A DNA stretch of 8,540 bases, taken from the NCBI GenBank assembly GCA_000388065.2, contig KB932227.1; one strand, given 5' to 3'. Position 1 is the first letter of the stretch, and each line of letters starts with the position of its first letter. Positions 5,900 to 8,540 of the stretch are shown one piece after another. The notes beneath the pieces were generated by a model. The model was not told where the DNA came from. It made no database searches and saw only the letters and a program-made list of their open reading frames with translations. Origin of the DNA: Fonticula alba ATCC 38817. Its lineage: Eukaryota; Protista; Nucleariida. The translations under genes were made by a program, and so were the position numbers.

Positions 5900-8540
5900 G
5901 CTCCCGGGCTTGCCGACCCTGTCCCGGCTTCTGTCGCACATGTGCCGAGCCGTCGCGCTGCCTGCTTTGCAAATCCGGCACCTTCATGGACCCGCAGGGG
6001 GCCTGCACCTCGATCTGCCCCCTCGACATGGTCCCCAAGGATGGTGTCTGCCAGTTGCTGGGTCTGGCCCAGGTGTCCCTGGCCGAAGCTGTCCCCGAGG
6101 AGATGTGGCCCCTGTCGGGGGACTCTGGCCCACTGCAGGCTCTGGCCGAGACGCACCTAGCCTCGGCCCCGGATGGCGGGCCTGGGCTTGTCCTGCCGGC
6201 CGCGGTGTTGGCCGATCCCCAGGCCGCCCGCGGCGGGATCCTGCTCTTCTTCGCGCACGGGGCCACACGACTGGCCGCCACCGGTAGCATTGGCCAGTCC
6301 CCGAAGCCGGCCCCGGTGGAGGTTCCCCCGCTGTCCGGCCTCGACCTGGACAGCGTGGCTTCCCTGGTGGAGTTGGGCCCCTTCTCGGATTTGGCTGCCG
6401 ACACGGTCTTGGGCTATGTGTTCTGCACGACGACCGGCATCGGCCGTGTGGGCTTCCTCTCGTGCGTGGAGGACCCTCGCTTCCCGGACATGGTATGCTC
6501 CGGGGACCCCCTCTCCACGTCGGCATTCACGATGGATGCCTGTCGTGAGGTCCGGCGCCTGGACAGCCGCCGGGCCCTGGCTCTCGGGCCCGATCAGCAG
6601 GCCCATGTGGTGTCCTTTAGCGAGTCGGGCGGCTTGACGGTGGACTCTTTGAGCCCGGTGGCCGGTGCCGTCCGGCTGCCGGACCATCCGGCCCGGTGGG
6701 CCCCCTCGCCCGGCCTGCCAGCCGACTGGTACCTGTCGCTGGATGGGCAAGGCCGGCCGGCCTTGTCCATGGTGGATCTCCTGTCCCGGGACAGCCGGCT
6801 GGAGGCCCTGGCCGGGAAGTTGCTCCTGGCCCCCGGGGCCTGGAGTGATGTGGCCATGCTTCGGACGGCCGGGCCCGGGCGTCGGGACTACGAGCCCATC
6901 CTCACGCGCGTCCAGTCCGGCAAATGGCAAGTGGCCGCCCTGTATGGGGATGGCCTGGTCTCCGGGCGGACCATCAACCTGCCGCACCCGGCCCAAACGC
7001 TTGCCCTGGCCTCGGAGCTGGACCTGCTCGATGCCCTGCGCGTGTTGCCATTGGAGCCGGCCGGGCTGACCGGGCGCCCGGGGGCCCTGCTCCTCCTGGC
7101 CCGGGGTGTCGTGGGGTTGGCGTTGCTCCGCTGCCCGGACCACCCGACGGCCGGGCCCGGGGCCTGTTACTTCCAAACATCGGCCATCGCCCGGCTGCCG
7201 GCGCCCCCCTCCGTCCCCGAGGGCATTACCCTCCAGGGCCCGGTCTTCCTGCGTCCCGGGCCTGGCATGGGGGCCGCCGCGGCCGCCACCGCCGCCGACC
7301 CGGAGGGGCATGTGCTGACGCTGCTGGCCTTCTCCCCGGAGGCCGGCCTCATGCGCCTGGTCTTCACGGCGACCTGCTCCATGGAGGGGACCTACGGCCT
7401 GGACTGCGAGCCGTGCGACGGCGCGTGCCGCACATGCACCGGCCCCGGGCCCGAGGACTGCACCTCCTGCCTGTTGGCCCTGCCCTCGGCGCCGGATGCC
7501 TGCCTGGCCGCCTGCCCGGGCGGCCTGTTCCCCTCGCCCGACGGCCGTCCCCTGTGCCTTTGCAGGGCCGCGCTGCCCGAGGCCCCGGACATCTGCCTGC
7601 CTGCCTGCCCGGATGGCCGGATCGCCACCGACGAGGGCCTGTGCGGCTGTAATTCCAACTGCCAGATGTGTGACACGTCGCGCGGCCGGCCGGCCGTGTG
7701 CGTGTTCTGCTATCCGGGCACGGCCATGGCCGCGGGCGGGATGTCCCCGGCGTCGTGCTTCGCCTGCCACACCAGCTGCGACGAGTGCACGCTCCCCGAC
7801 GATGCCGGCGCCTGCACCAGCTGCCCGCCCGGGGCGTGGCTCCTGGACGGGACGTGCGTGGCCGCCTGCCCGGCCGGCACCTGGCCCGATGCCCCCACGC
7901 GCGCGTGCCATCCCTGCCCGGCCAGCTGCGCCACCTGCCAGTCGGCGGGCGCGTGCGCCACCTGCCCCGGCCAGCACTACCTCGGCCCGGACAGCCTGTG
8001 CCAGCCGTGCGACGGGTCGTGTGCCGCGTGCGAGGGGAAGGCCTCCTGCGGGGCGTGCAAGCCCGGCCTGGTGTTCCTGTCGGCCGATCCGCAGCAGGCG
8101 TCCCTCTGCGGCAGCACCTGCGCCCCGGGCGAGTATGTCGGGGCCGGCCGGTGCGCCGCGTGCGATGGGTCGTGTGAGCTGTGCGCCGGCGGGCCGGACC
8201 GGTGCCAGGTGTGCGCGCCAGGCTTCCGCTGGAGCGCGGCCCCGGGCCCCGGCGGCACCAGCACATGCGTCGCCTGTGAGCCTGGGTGCGCCTCCTGCAC
8301 GAGCACCGCATGTCTGTCCTGCGAGGCGGGCCTCCTGCTCACAGCGGCCGGCGCATGTGTCAGTGCCTGCCCGGCCGGGTCGTTCAGCAACGGCGAGTCG
8401 TGCCAGCCGTGTGACGTGTCTTGCGTCACCTGCGCCGACGGCCGGCCGGACCAGTGCACGGGCTGTGCCGCCGAGCTGGAGCTTGTCGAAGTGACCCCCG
8501 GTGTCGGCACCTGTGCGTCCGGCTGCCCGGAGGGCCAGTA
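5900..8540 (+). CDS. Gene 2 exon 2 (3' open): Cys-rich linker, about 440-aa Cys-poor domain B, long furin-like repeat stalk; probable large receptor-like protein (kinase domain expected downstream by analogy with gene 1)
   Basis: I translated frame 1 manually and found no stop from 5902 to 8540. It reads SRACRPCPGFCRTCAEPSRCLLCKSGTFMDPQGACTSICPLDMVPKDGVC (to 6051), then domain B at 6052-7374, then about 8 CxxCxxxCxxC..CxxC furin-like cores from 7375 (CEPCDGACRTC, CFACHTSCDEC, CHPCPASCATC, CQPCDGSCAAC, CAACDGSCELC, CVACEPGCASC, CQPCDVSCVTC...). It is missing from the ORF track, probably because no stop closes it inside the window. Confidence 0.92.

Noticed and set aside
6157-7977. 606-aa minus-strand ORF (also 3987..5507, 3035..4306, 29..1651, 7364..8311)
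   Set aside because: These are antisense shadows of high-GC coding frames, where stops are rare. They are low-complexity A/G/R/P with no recognisable motifs, and some span gaps.
1-8540. CRISPR array, tRNA, rRNA or prokaryotic operon signals
   Set aside because: There is no regularly spaced repeat-spacer pattern, cloverleaf or rRNA-like sequence. Spliceosomal introns and signal-peptide/furin architecture indicate a eukaryotic locus.

Overview
This is a GC-rich eukaryotic scaffold region with spliceosomal introns and three assembly gaps (635-1369, 3416-3425, 4113-4122). It holds parts of a tandem, same-strand (+) cluster of large cysteine-rich (furin-like/CxxC repeat) receptor-type genes. Gene 1 is seen only at its 3' end: furin-like repeats at 1-633 and, after a 735-N gap, a two-exon protein-kinase C-lobe (1370-1577 + 1727-1914). 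Gene 2 starts at 4167 with a signal peptide and is spliced across a CT-rich intron (5560-5899) into an 880-codon exon that runs off the window and is absent from the supplied ORF track. Its layout is globular domain A, short Cys-rich linker, globular domain B, then a long furin-like repeat stalk. A 687-bp orphan contig (3426-4112) is a paralog of 1-634. It sits between two contig ends that overlap by 36 identical bases, so it is probably mis-scaffolded. The two paralogous copies are a sharp patchwork of about 97-100% identical and about 40% amino-acid-identical blocks, which suggests segmental gene conversion shuffling receptor ectodomains. The gene style recalls the furin-repeat receptor kinases of the aggregative amoeba Fonticula alba; this is from memory and not verified. 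No rRNA, tRNA, CRISPR array or transposase is supported.
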